From Squalus acanthias (lineage: Eukaryota), in the NCBI GenBank assembly GCA_030390025.1, contig CM059431.1, positions 127,474,001-127,538,000 of the forward strand: a stretch of 64,000 nt of DNA. The letters are read 5' to 3'. The translations under genes and the position numbers were made by a program. The notes under the pieces were generated by a model. The model was not told the DNA's origin and ran no database searches. It worked only from the letters and a program-made list of their open reading frames with translations. Positions 35,436-46,790 of the stretch are shown here, piece by piece (position 1 is the first letter of the stretch; each line of letters opens with the position of its first letter).

Positions 35436-37128
35436 TGTAAGGGATTCTGACCCTGCGTGTCTCGCAGCCTGTGAGATTCACGCGGCTCTGTGCAGCCTGT
35501 ATGTCAGTGCGGGTCTAGGCCTTGTTGCCTGTTCTGGTCTCCAGCCAGTCTGGGAACACTAGACACACCTGTGAGTGGTTCGAATCGCTCTCCCTTACGG
35601 TTCTAGACACTGGACTTAGATGCGAGAGCAGTAATGGAGATGAAACTCATGTAGACTCGGTTTGAATGGTACGAAATGGAAAATCTTTATTGCATGATAC
35701 TTAAGATTATGAAATACATGTCATAAGCACAGATTAATGACAGTACAATCTTACAAACAGTTATATAGTCGATCTTAGGGAAACGAGGAACAAACGGCAC
35801 AAAGTAAATAGGGGCACACATTACAAATATCCTTAATCCTTAAACCCTCCCCTATCAATATCTATCCTAAACTAGATTCGTAGGATTTCGAGACTCATGC
35901 TCACCACTCGTGATAACTCGGAGAAATTCCGAATAGCTGATCGGATGTTTTTCACCGCAGCACCCACGTGTCGGTCAGGAGATCTCCTGGTCCCACTTGT
36001 TTACTTGCTTCTGCTGCTCCGGCTAGCAGGCTGGACCGTCTGCTGTGATGAAGACCTGTGTTGGTTGGTTTAACAGGTACTTTTCGAGCACAGTTGTCAA
36101 TATCGTCGATACGATATGGCTTTCACATTCCAGTTACTTTGGGCACAGTCCAGTTATCATCGATGCAATATGTTTCGTTATAAGTTCGAAGAAGTCTTCC
36201 TGGCGAGGAAAACTTGGATAATCGACCTACAGGTGCGGTCGGGATTTACTGACCGTGGCGATGGATATGGTCTTCCTCTCTTCTCATCTCATCTCATCTC
36301 ATCTCATCTCATCTCGGGCCTTCGGTTCCGCTGCCAGTTACCAACATAGGTCTTCGTTACGCGACACGAGGTAGATCCGAACGGATCAGAAAGTTCAACA
36401 GTCTTTTCAGAAGAGGCAACAGGCAAGCAGGAGCGAGCCCAACTACGAGTACACAGGAGCAGCCACGAGGTTACGAAATAAGAGCACAGGATAAGAGAGA
36501 GCTGGACGGTTTGGAGCCTGCAATTATAGTGCAAAATCTTCCGTTTCCCGCCCAACTATAATGTCCATTCTTTTGTTTAGGGTTTGGCGCTCAAATGTCT
36601 TGTATGGGTGATCTCCGTTCTTAATGGGTTTCGGGGCTACTCGTAAATGTCTGAGTACCTGTTAATATTTCTCCCATTGTTAAATCGGTCGGTGTTCTCC
36701 CTGGAGGGGTTTGGGGCTTCCAAGTGTCCTGTATAACTACCTGCTAACGGCTCTCTCATCGTAGAGTCGTTGGGATTTTACATATTAATGTCTTTTGGAT
36801 GGGCCCTTGATTACTCGGTACAATGGCTTTCCGTTGTACCTGGGAGACCGATTTCAGTATCTATGTGTATACTGCAAACCCATAATGTCTCGTGTATTAT
36901 CTTCACTGTGCTGAATCTTAATCGATCTTGCACAAATGTTTATTGGAACGCCATCTTGTCTGCCTGTTGAAAAGTCTAGAATGTTCTGTCACGAGGTGCG
37001 GCGGCCATTTTACAGGCTGCTTGTGTCCACTTTAAACCTGCCAGCATTCTACTGAAATAAAAGCTGTTTCACGAAACTTTGTGTTTTTCTCCTTATTATT
37101 AAAATCGCGATATATTGCGAATTCTACA
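35436..37128 (-). repeat. 5' LTR
   Basis: Differs from the 3' LTR at 35587, 36234 and 36833 (by eye). Confidence 0.97.
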
Positions 37129-37284
37129 GTGTACAACTTTTGTAACCCAACCCCCTTGAGATAAATGCCAACATTCCATTAGCCTTTTTGATTACTCTTT
37201 GTACCTCTTCATTAGCTTTTAGCCATTTTTGTACCTGAACACCCAAATCTCTTTGCTCCTCCAGTTTATATTCTCTCGCCATTT

Positions 37285-37750
37285 AAGAAAGAAAGACAGA
37301 AAGACTAACATTTATATCGTGCCTTTCATGACCACCGGGTGTCTCAAAGCGCTTTACAGCCAATGAAGTACTTTTTGAAGTGTAGTCACTGTTGTAATGT
37401 GGGAAACACGGCAGCCAATTTGCACACAGCAAGCTTCCACAAACAGCAATGTGATAATGACCAGATATTCTGTTTTTGTTGTGTTGATTGAGGGATAAAT
37501 ATTGGCCAGGACACCGGGGATAACGCCCCTGCTCTTCTTTGAAATAGTGCCATGGGATCTTTTACGTCCACCTGAGAGAGCAGATGGGGCCTTGGTTTGG
37601 CGTCTCATCTGAAAGACGGCACCTCCAACAGTGCAGCACTCCCTCAGCACTGCACTGGAGTGTCAGCCTAGATTTATGTGCTCAAGTTCCCTGGAGTGGG
37701 ACTTGAACCCACAACCTTCTGACTCAGAGGCGACTGAGCCACAGCTGACC
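37285..37750 (-). mobile_element. Near full-length tRNA-derived Deu-domain SINE (SacSINE1/AmnSINE-like)
   Basis: tRNA-like head (tggctcagt...ggttcaagtccc), Deu core gatcccatggcactatttc, (CTTT)n tail. Confidence 0.85.
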
Positions 37751-39272
37751 CTAGAAAATAATGGAATAGTGCTATCCATCCCACTAATTAACAGGATGTA
37801 GAATTTTGAGCAGTTTGAAAGGGAATAAAATGGAAGGAGATAGAGAGAAAAAGTTATTTATATTAAAAAATCAAGAATAATCAGAGACATCTCAAGGGAA
37901 ATGCTAGCAAAGCAATTAAAAAATGCTGGAAGGAATAACATTCTTAAGTGTATGAACTTGCAATATTGATGCATTTGAATCAATTTAATTTGTTCTAATT
38001 TACTTTCTGCTTGTGTGCTCCCATTTCTGATCCTCACCCATCAGGAGCTCATATCGGGAAATTGCATACCTTGTAGGGGGTGGTGTGTGGGGTCAGTTTC
38101 ACCTCTGACTCAGTGAGTGGTTTGAATCGCTCCCACGTCCCTGATTCTAGACCTTGGACTTATTTAGGGGTTGTGAACAAAGATGCAGTAGACAGCAGGT
38201 TTTGATGAAAGAATTTTGACTTTATTAACAAGAAAAAGGTAACAAACTTAAAACACACTTAACACTTAAACACAGGTTGGGGAACACGCGGTACAGGCGA
38301 GGGAAATAACATTAGAAGAATACTTCACCCCTCCCAATCCCACTTCACTAGCTAGGTTGGACTCTGGAGAACCAGGGATAATGCTCACCAAACGAATCCT
38401 TGACAGTTTAGAGTTAGGGTTTAGAGTCTTCTGAGTAAAAGGTTTCGTAAGGCCCTTGTTGCCGCGAGGTGTCCGATGGTCACTGAGGCAGTCGCTCTGG
38501 TTTCTTCTTGCGTGTCGGTCTGCTTGTGAAGTTGTTGGCCTTCTTTGTTGAACTTCTTGCTGTAACTCTGCCTCTGTTTAAACTGTCTTCTTCCGAGCTG
38601 TGGAACTGCCTTCTTGCAGAACTGTGGAAACTGCCTTCTGCCTGCTTCTCCTGAACTCTGTAACTCCAGCACTGACTTCTTGCTGAAAACTGGCTTTTCA
38701 ATTTGAACTGCAGAACTGCCTTCTGTTGAACTTGCACCATAACTGTTTGATGGGCCTTCAATTATACTAAATTGAAGTGGCCTTGCCAAAACCAAATCAA
38801 ATCCTGCTCATTGTAAGACCTCGTTAACAGTAACAACTTTACTAAGTGTCAAATGGCTTGCGTCCTGTCGATCTCTTCGGTTGATTACAAGTGATTGGTT
38901 TCGTGTTTTGGGTTTCGAGGCTGGAGTCGGGTTTTTCTATCGAATGGTCCCGAGCGATTTGAATGGTTTTGATGGGTCTGTGATAGGTTTTAATGGGGCC
39001 TGTGTTTTGGGTGGGGCTGCCTTCTCCCAGGGTCTATTGTCCAAATGTTAATGCTTGCTGGGGCTTGAGTGAGGTCATCCCGATTCCCCAGACAATGCAA
39101 TTTAACTGCAATACCCAAAACTGCTATTACAGAGGTCTAAACCATCTCCTGTGCAGCCTTTTCTCCCTTACAGGTCCAGACATGTCTTTTAAAATGCCAA
39201 AACTTGGTCTTTGGTCTTAAATTCCTTATGTTAGGCCCAAATGCATTTTATCACTCTGAGGTAGTTCCAAAG

Positions 39273-40893
39273 TGTAGAGTTTCGCAATTATCGCGATTCA
39301 AAATAACATGAGAGAAGCAGTTTCAATTGATCATTTTTATTAAACAAAATGCTGACGTGGTAATAAAGGACACAGAAGCCTGTAAAATGGCCACCGTGCA
39401 TCGTGGCAGAAGCTTCCAGAGACACAGTGGGCAGACAAGATGGCATCGAATATACATTCAGTATGAGATCGGATGATACTCGGTACACATTGAAAAGGCA
39501 GGATGCAACCCGTTTGCATCCTGAACAATAGCAATGATATAAGTGCTGGAATTGTTTCCTACGCACAGTAAGGATCATTGAACTGGGCCATCGAGAACCC
39601 ATCTAGACACATCAATACACAAATACCCCCCCCGGCTCAACAATGAGAGAGACATTGGCGGGTGATTAAGCCAGTATTCGGGGGGCCCCAAAACCAGTCG
39701 AGGAGACGATTCATACACATCCTGGCTGGCTCAACATAGGAGAAGGTATTAACGGATAGTTGGCCAGTTTCAGGTGTTATCGAAACCCGTTAAGAAGATA
39801 ATCGCCCCATGCTGGGAGTTTTGGGCGCCAAAATCACACAAAGAATAAACGTTTAGATTTGAGCGGGAGATAAGGCCGACAAAACAGTATAACTATAGAG
39901 GACAAATGTCCATCGGTCTCTTGACTCTTGACTCTTGGCTCTGGACTCTTGACTCTCTTCCTGAAGCTCTTCCTGGACTCTTCCTTGACCCTTGGCTCTT
40001 GACTCTTAGCCGTGCTGGTCGATTATTCGAGTGTTGGGTGGAGCTCAATCGGAACGAGCCGCCTCGACAGGGCAAGTAACAGGGTACATCATCCCGAGTG
40101 TCGGTAAACGATGTCCGGACCCGGAGCCCCGAGTGACGAGAAGAAAGATGAGAAGAAAGACGAGAAGAAATTCCACGTGCCGTCACGGTCAGTAAACCCC
40201 GACTGCGCCCGAAGATATAATGACAGAATCCATCTTTGAATTCTACAGACTACGACATGAACCGTTTTCTTTGAATTCTACGGATTACTGCACGATCCGG
40301 TCTGAATCCATCGACCACTTCATGACATCAGGGAATCTGGCTTACCTTTCGCGGGAGCGAGAGTAAACAAGTGGGGTGCAGAAACCCTTACAAACACGTG
40401 ACAGTCAGGCGCTGCAGCAAAACGAGCTGAGTGCCTCACTTTAAATTTCCGAAGTGAGCCGAGTGGTGAGCATGTTTTCCGATCCTACAAATCCAGACGT
40501 AGTTTAGGTATATTAAGGGAGGGTGGTTTTTCTAAGGTTAATGTATAATGTGTTCCCCCTTTTACGATGTGTCGTGTGTTCCCCATTTCCATAGGCCAAG
40601 TTTTATGAACGTGTGTATACTTGTAGTCTCTTTGATCTGCGCCTATGACATGTATTTCATGATTTTAGACGCCATGCAATAAAGATATTCAGTTTGTGCT
40701 ATTCAACCGGGTCTATTTGAGTCTTTCTCTACATTACTGCTCCTTGCATCTAAGTCCAGGTGTCAGAACCGTAAGGGCGAGTGGGTCGAACCACTCACAG
40801 GTGCTTATTGCAAAAGTCTGGGCTGGAGACCAGAGCAAGCAATAGTATAGGCAACGAAGGCCTCACCTCGCACCAGTACCGTGACCCCTTACA
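39273..40893 (+). mobile_element. Solo LTR related to the provirus LTR, inserted in opposite orientation within the second element's LTR
   Basis: Begins TGTAGAGTTTCGCAATTATCGCGAT and ends CCCTTACA, like the sense provirus LTR; flanks AAAG / GAAG; AATAAA at ~40679. Confidence 0.85.
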
Positions 40894-41489
40894 GAAGTCC
40901 TTTTTCCTTAGGTTTTGGGGATCTGCAAATTTTGGAAACCTTACAGTCCCCCCTTCGATACTTTTAGTTCACTACAGTATCGTCCTGGGTGGACAAAATT
41001 CCTGATCCCCGAAAGCCAACCTTCCCCTGTATTACCTAAACTAAAACCCAAACATACATTCCCCTTTAAATGTTGTGTTTCAGGTACATACAGGTAAGAA
41101 TCAATAATACATACACATCCAAGCACGGAGGGGGTCCTACACCCCTACACTACTTGGAAAACTATAGTACATACATAGTAAAATAATACACGATCACAAA
41201 CTTTTTTCATTTTAATGAAAACAAATTGCAATGCTGGTCCCATGCTTTCTCATGTCGGGACCGGAGCACTCTATCCTTTCCCTGCCGATTTCCTTTCTGT
41301 AGGGACACACAAAACAGACAGCCATGTCCCGAGAAGGTTCTCTGGCTGGACAGGTGATCGATTCTCGAGAAACTTTCAAACTTACTCACTAAAATCCTTA
41401 ATTCTTAAAAATCCTAAAACTACCAAACTGTAAAACACTAAAATACATTAAAACTCTGTACATTCGCCGCACGTCTCCGAGCGGCCAGA

Positions 41490-42437
41490 CTAAACCCTGT
41501 TCGGGCTCTGCCTTTTGCTGCTTCTGGGCAGCCGGTAAGGTGGCCTGTACCGCAGGATCCTGAGAGTCCTTCTTCTACAGCATACTGACCCCTTTGGTGT
41601 GGCTGCTTCTGAGTCCCTGTCCTGTCCTGTGGGTTCCTCGCAGCCTGAGACCGTAGGCTGGGGACCCTTCTTGTGTTCTTGGCTCACAGCTGCCTCTGTG
41701 AAACCCTCTCTGCAGGAGGCTGTAGGCTGGAGATCCCTGTCCTCAGACTGATCCCTGACCTTGGGTGTTTCTTTACGGGTTACAACCCTCTTTGGGTGGG
41801 ACCCTTTAAACTGATACACTGGAGACCAGGGTGGTTTAGGCTGTGGTGTGCGGGGAGACCTTCTTAGGACTCTGGCCACTGGGGGAGTGCCTGAGTCCCA
41901 CATAATCGATGGAGTATACCCTTCTGTGATACAAGCCCCTGTCCTCACCGCTGCAGTCTGTGAGTCTGCCACAGCTGCTGGCTGGGGATTTCTATCCTCA
42001 GGCTGTACCTCTTCTAAACCTGTCTCGGGGGCAGGTAACTCTCTGCAGCCTAATGCTGTTGCTCTTGCTGCAGGCTGAGGATTTCTATCCTGTTTTAGTT
42101 TGGGCAACTCTGCTACCATGGCTTGCAACTGCGGGGTGGTGAATTCCCCCGGGGTTGTTAAGCAAACCATCCCTCTGGCTTTGGATAGGGCTTGGGTCAG
42201 ACCTTTTATCCTTTCCTCACAGGGCCCATGGTTTAAATACTAATACCCCCTGCTCCTGGCTACCCTGTAGGCTGCCTTTATGTCTCTAAGCTGCCCCTCT
42301 AACCCGTCTACTTTACCCGTTAAGCAGGCGTTCTCCTCCCGTAAGGCCTGCTCATTTAAACTGGCCTCCTTACGGGAGGTCTTTTCCTGTGCGTGTCTTT
42401 CAAGGGGACACAGGTAGACAGGCTGCGCTGGTTCTAG
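41490..42437 (-). pseudogene. ORF2 homologue of element 2, one premature TAG at 42240-42242
   Basis: LEPAQPVYLCPLERHAQ...EQALREENA...IKAAYRVA...GMVCL, in frame after TGA-CTAG. Confidence 0.8.
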
Positions 42438-42715
42438 TCATAGGTCTGGGTTGTATTGGGCAGATGGGGTCAGAGCACCGGTGGTTGCTGCTACCTTCCC
42501 TGGGCCAGTCAATAGGGTCTTCATGGCGTCCAAAAATGACTTGACCGTGGCGGGAGGGATCCCTGTCTCTGCCTTTTGGGCTGGGGTTGAGGAATTCTTA
42601 CCCTTGTTATCTTTCCAAGGATTCTTAAACTCCTTCCTCCAGTGTCCATCCTTCTCACACCCATAACAGTTAAGCTTTGTGCTGGAAGGGTTATTCCCTT
42701 CCTGATGCCACGTAA
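42438..42715 (-). pseudogene. gag: gag C-terminal remnant of element 2
   Basis: WHQEGN...CYGCEKDGHWRKEFKNPWKD aligns with the first element's gag. Confidence 0.85.
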
Positions 42716-43439
42716 CTTCTAACTTTTCAAGTGTAAGTCTAGAAATTGGTGTCAATCTAAAGCCTTCTGCTGACAGCAATTGTTCAGTAGGGCACAGCAA
42801 TTTCCGCGGTTAATGGCTCTTATATGCTTTGTACCCATTGGGGAGAAATTGGTTATGGGCCATTTTTGGGTGTGAGCTTAGCAGCCTGTGTACAGCTGGG
42901 ACCAGAAGCCTGAGGCCTGAGAGGCCTGAGGCTTGTCCCAAATAAAGGCCTTGGGCCTCGTCGGACTAATTCCGGCAAGCTTCAGATGTCAATCAGGGAT
43001 CCAGAGGCAGCTTGCCGGTTTGCAGCAGATCAACTTGCTCCACCCTGGTCCGCATCAAGACAAATTAAAAGCAAAAACTTCAAATTTGGCTGACAACCTC
43101 CAGCTGTCCCTTTCAGGGCATCTGGCTAGGCTGCAGACAAATTTCACAGCGGAGTCGTGAAACAAGTGCTAGGCCCCTCATTAGCATATGCAAGAGTCTT
43201 AATGCTGTTTCAGATGGCCACGCGGGACATCTCAATATTGCCTGATTGCCAATACGGCATCAGATTTACTTCAGCATTTGTCGTTCGTGCCTGGGAGACA
43301 GCACTGCAAAATTGGTGCTATTTGCCCCCATTAAGTCACTGTAAAACAGGCACAATGTGGTCCAATTTCTTCCCCATTGTTTCTAATTGATGCAAGCCTT
43401 TACAGTGGGTGTTGTGCTCTCCTGCCCAGACTATGTGAT

Positions 43440-44805
43440 TTCTTTTTTTAACTCATTCATGGGATGTGGGCGTCGCTGGAAAGGCCAGCATTTAATGCCC
43501 ATCCCTAATTGCCCTTAAGAAGGAGGTGGGGTACCGCCTTCTTGAATCGCTGCAGCCCGTGTGGTGAAGGTACTCCCACAGAGCTGTCAGGGAGGGAGTT
43601 CCATGACTTTGACCCGGTGACAATGAAGAAACGGTGATATATTTCCAAATCAGGATGGTGCGTGACTTGGAGGAACTTGCAGGTGGTGGTGTCCTCATGT
43701 GCCTGCTGCCCTTGTCCTTCTAGTTGGTAGAGCTCGCAGGTTTGGAAGGCGCTGTCCAAGGAGCCTTGGCGAGTTGCTGCAGTTCATTTTGTAAATGGAA
43801 TACACTCCAGCCACGGTGCGCCGGTGGTGGAGGGACTGAATGTTTAAGGTGGTGGATGGGGTGCCAGTCAAGTGGGCAGCTTTGTCCTGGATGGTCTTGA
43901 GTTCCTTGAGTGTTGTTGGAGCTGGCAAGTGGAGAGTATTCCATCATACTCCTGACTTGTGCCTTGTAGATGGTGGAAAGGCTTTGGGGAGTCAGGAGGT
44001 GACCTGCTCTTGTAGCCAGTATTTATGTGGCTGGTCCAGTCAAATTTCTGGTCGATGGTGACCACCAGGATGGTGGTGGTGGGGGATTCAGTGATGGTAA
44101 TCCCGTTGAATGTTAAGGGGACGTGGAAAGACTCTCTCTTGTTGGAGATGGATATTGCCTAGCACTCATGGAGCACAAATGTTACTTGCTACTTATCAGC
44201 CCAAGCCTGAATGTTGTCCAGGTCTTGCTGCATGCGGGCATGGACTGCTTCATTAACTGAGGAGTTGAAAATGGAACTGAACACTGCAATCATCAGCGAA
44301 CATCCTCACATCTGACCTTATGATGGAGGGAAGGCCATTGATGAAGCAGCTGAAGATTGTTGGGCCTAAAACATTGCCCTGAGCAATTCCTGCAGCGATG
44401 TCCTGGGGCTGAGATGATTAGCCTCCAACAACCAAAATCATCTCCCTTTGTGCTAGGTATGACTCCAGCCAGTGGAGAGTTTTCCCCCTGATTCCCATTG
44501 ATTTCAATTTTACTAGGGCTCCTTTTTGCCAGACTCGGTAAAATGCTGCCTTGATGTCAAGGGCAGTCACTCTCACCTCACCTCTGGAATTCAACGCTTT
44601 TGTCCATGTTTGGACCAAGGCTGTAATGAGGTCTGGAGCCGAGTGGTCTTGGCAGAACCCAAACTGAGCATCAGTGAGCAGGTTATTGGTGAGTAAGTGC
44701 CGCTTAATAGCACTGTCAACGACACCCTCCATCACTTTGCTGATGATTGAGTGTAGGCTGATGGGGCGGTAATTGGCTGGATTGGATTTTTCTTGCTTTC
44801 TAATC
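43440..44805 (-). mobile_element. CR1/L2-group LINE 3' half, decayed
   Basis: NYRPISL, DAQFGF and ALDIKAAF RT motifs; same family as 59945-60915. Confidence 0.85.
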
Positions 44806-45139
44806 ACCGAGTAATTGAAAACCAGCCATTATTGGCATTTAAGGAGGGAGCAAACAAAAATTGCAGTTTTTATTCATCACTCCTGCGATAACCCATATAA
44901 AATAGTGTTTGTTTTGGACAGGAATGGAAACTCTCAAGTACCTAGGCAATTGCACTGATCTTTTGAGAGCCTTGTGAGCACCAGTGAACTGTCATACAGG
45001 TGGGAGCTAACATGCTCCATACTGTCCACGATTGATCAGCCCTGCACTCTCTTAGAGTGCTTGGGGCTGCTATGTGCGTATTGCAGGTGTCATTGATGAC
45101 CATTCCCAGCCTTAGCCTTCAATGACCGCAGTATTGGCC

Positions 45140-45380
45140 CTTCCCTTTAAGGGAGGGAAGGAGCCTGTAAAACCGGCAGCGCTGCACGGAACACTGTGCA
45201 GCGCTCTGCCGCTACCGCCCCTCTCGCTCCCTTTAGCGCTCTAAGGGAAGTGGTAGCGCTTGATTTTTGGAGCGCTAAACCGGAAGTTCCCGTCGGAATC
45301 AATTGTGTAGCGCCGGCGATACTTCTGTGCTCCTGCAAAAGTTATCGCCCCAAACGGGGCGCTATGCAATTTCTAGCCCT
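45140..45380 (-). mobile_element. Terminal fragment of a Harbinger-type MITE
   Basis: Terminus GGGCTAGAAATTG and the cgccccgtttggggcg palindrome also seen at 20708-20723. Confidence 0.5.
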
Positions 45381-45524
45381 CAGTATGAATCAGTGAAGCT
45401 GAGCAGAAATCAAAGGGCTATGGACAATGAAAATAGGTATTTTGAATCTAAGAAGGGAAAGCAGATCACAAGGCTAACTAATGCTGGTCTTTTTACAAAT
45501 ACAACACAATCCAAGAGGCATACA

Positions 45525-46440
45525 AACATACTAAAATGACGGGCAGGAAAAGACAAGCTGGTCCAACATGCTTGCCCCACACTCATGATGTCTTGACCAT
45601 CATGACCAGACCCTTCCCAAACCTCCCCCGCAGGTATCTAATCTCCTGGGGGAGGCAAAAAAAAGCAGAAAATCCCAGGACCAATAAGGGAAAAAAAAGG
45701 GAAAATTCCTCTCTGACCCCCTCAGGCAATCAAAACCACTCCAGGAGTTCACAATGACCATACATACATTAACTGTAAATCCACCTACCTTTCATATGAT
45801 GCGATCTCTGCCCAAACCATCAACTGGTCCAGCTCCCTCTTGAAGTTTTGCAGAGAGTCAGCACCCACTGCACAAGCCTGCAACGCATTCCAGAGGCTCA
45901 CTACTCTCTGGGAAGAGAAGAACCGCCCAACACCCTGTTTATTCCTACCTCTGCATTGTTTAAACACATGTCCGCTGGTCTTCCCCAATTTGTCAAACTG
46001 AAATAATCTATCCATAGGCACGTAATCCAGCCCTTTCATTATTTTATATACCTTATCAGGCCTCCTCTAAATCTACACTACTCTAAAGTAAATATTGTAA
46101 ATTCTGGGAGATTCTCTCACAGCTACCCTACCTGAAGAAGGAGCGAACAGCTCCGAAAGCTTGTAAAATTAAATAAATCTGTTGGACTATAACCTGGTGT
46201 TGTGCGACTTCTCACTAAAGTAAATAGACGGAGCTCTTTAAGCCTATCTGAGTAACTAAGGTTCTTTAAGCTAGTGACCATACTGGTAGCTCTCTTCTGA
46301 AACTTTACCAAGGCCACTCTATCATTCACCATGTGAGGGGACCAAAACTGGGTGCAGTGCTTCAAATCTGATCTAACCAATGACCTGTATAATGACAGAA
46401 TGATGTCCTTGGATTTGAGACTGTTTGAGCTCATAAGGTA
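45525..46440 (-). mobile_element. CR1 LINE 3' part
   Basis: LYRSLVRSDLKHCTQFWSPH; FFSSQRVVSLWNAL. Confidence 0.8.
46095..46214 (+). mobile_element. Penelope terminal fragment with a hammerhead-like motif
   Basis: CTGAAGA-A-GGAGC-GAACA-GCTCC-GAAA; TSD CTAAAGTAAATA at 46083-46094 and 46215-46226. Confidence 0.85.
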
Positions 46441-46545
46441 TGAGGCAACGAGTAATGCAAGTCGTTCAAATTTAGGAAGAATTTCTTTTAACTTTCACAT
46501 GAGCATAGTGAATGGGATGCAGACAAAAGAGCTTTGGGACCCAGG

Positions 46546-46790
46546 GGGCTTGATTTTAACAGCCCTGAGGAGGCGGGTTTGGGCTTGATTTTAACAGCCC
46601 TGAGGAGGCGGGTTTGGGCTTGATTTTAACAGCCCTGAGGAGGCGGGTTTGGGCTTGATTTTAACAGCCCTGAGGAGGCGGGTTTGGGCTTGATTTTAAC
46701 AGCCCTGAGGAGGCGGGTTTGGGCTTGATTTTAACAGCCCTGAGGAGGCGGGTTCGGGCTTGATTTTAACAGCCCTGAGGAGGCGGGTTT
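46546..46790. repeat. Seven tandem copies of a 35-bp unit comprising the Harbinger terminus
   Basis: GGGCTTGATTTTAACAGCCCTGAGGAGGCGGGTTT x7, one substitution at 46755. Confidence 0.95.

Larger units (their letters stand above)
27665..37128 (-). mobile_element. Pol-less LTR provirus (LTR-gag-ORF2-env-LTR), lokiretrovirus/Gypsy-like, very young
   Basis: Two 1693-bp TG...CA LTRs; TSD GTGT at 27661-27664 and 37129-37132; PBS, PPT, gag and env present; no RT, RNase H or integrase motifs. Confidence 0.95.
38072..42715 (-). mobile_element. Second related LTR element: 5'-truncated, no env, no pol
   Basis: 3' LTR 38072-40945 (interrupted); PPT GAAGGGGGGAC at 40946-40956; gag C-terminus and ORF2 homologous to the first element. 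Confidence 0.85.

Noticed and set aside
46546..46790. 35-bp repeats resembling a CRISPR array
   Set aside because: Units are head to tail with no spacers, there are no cas genes, the context is eukaryotic, and the unit is a transposon terminus.
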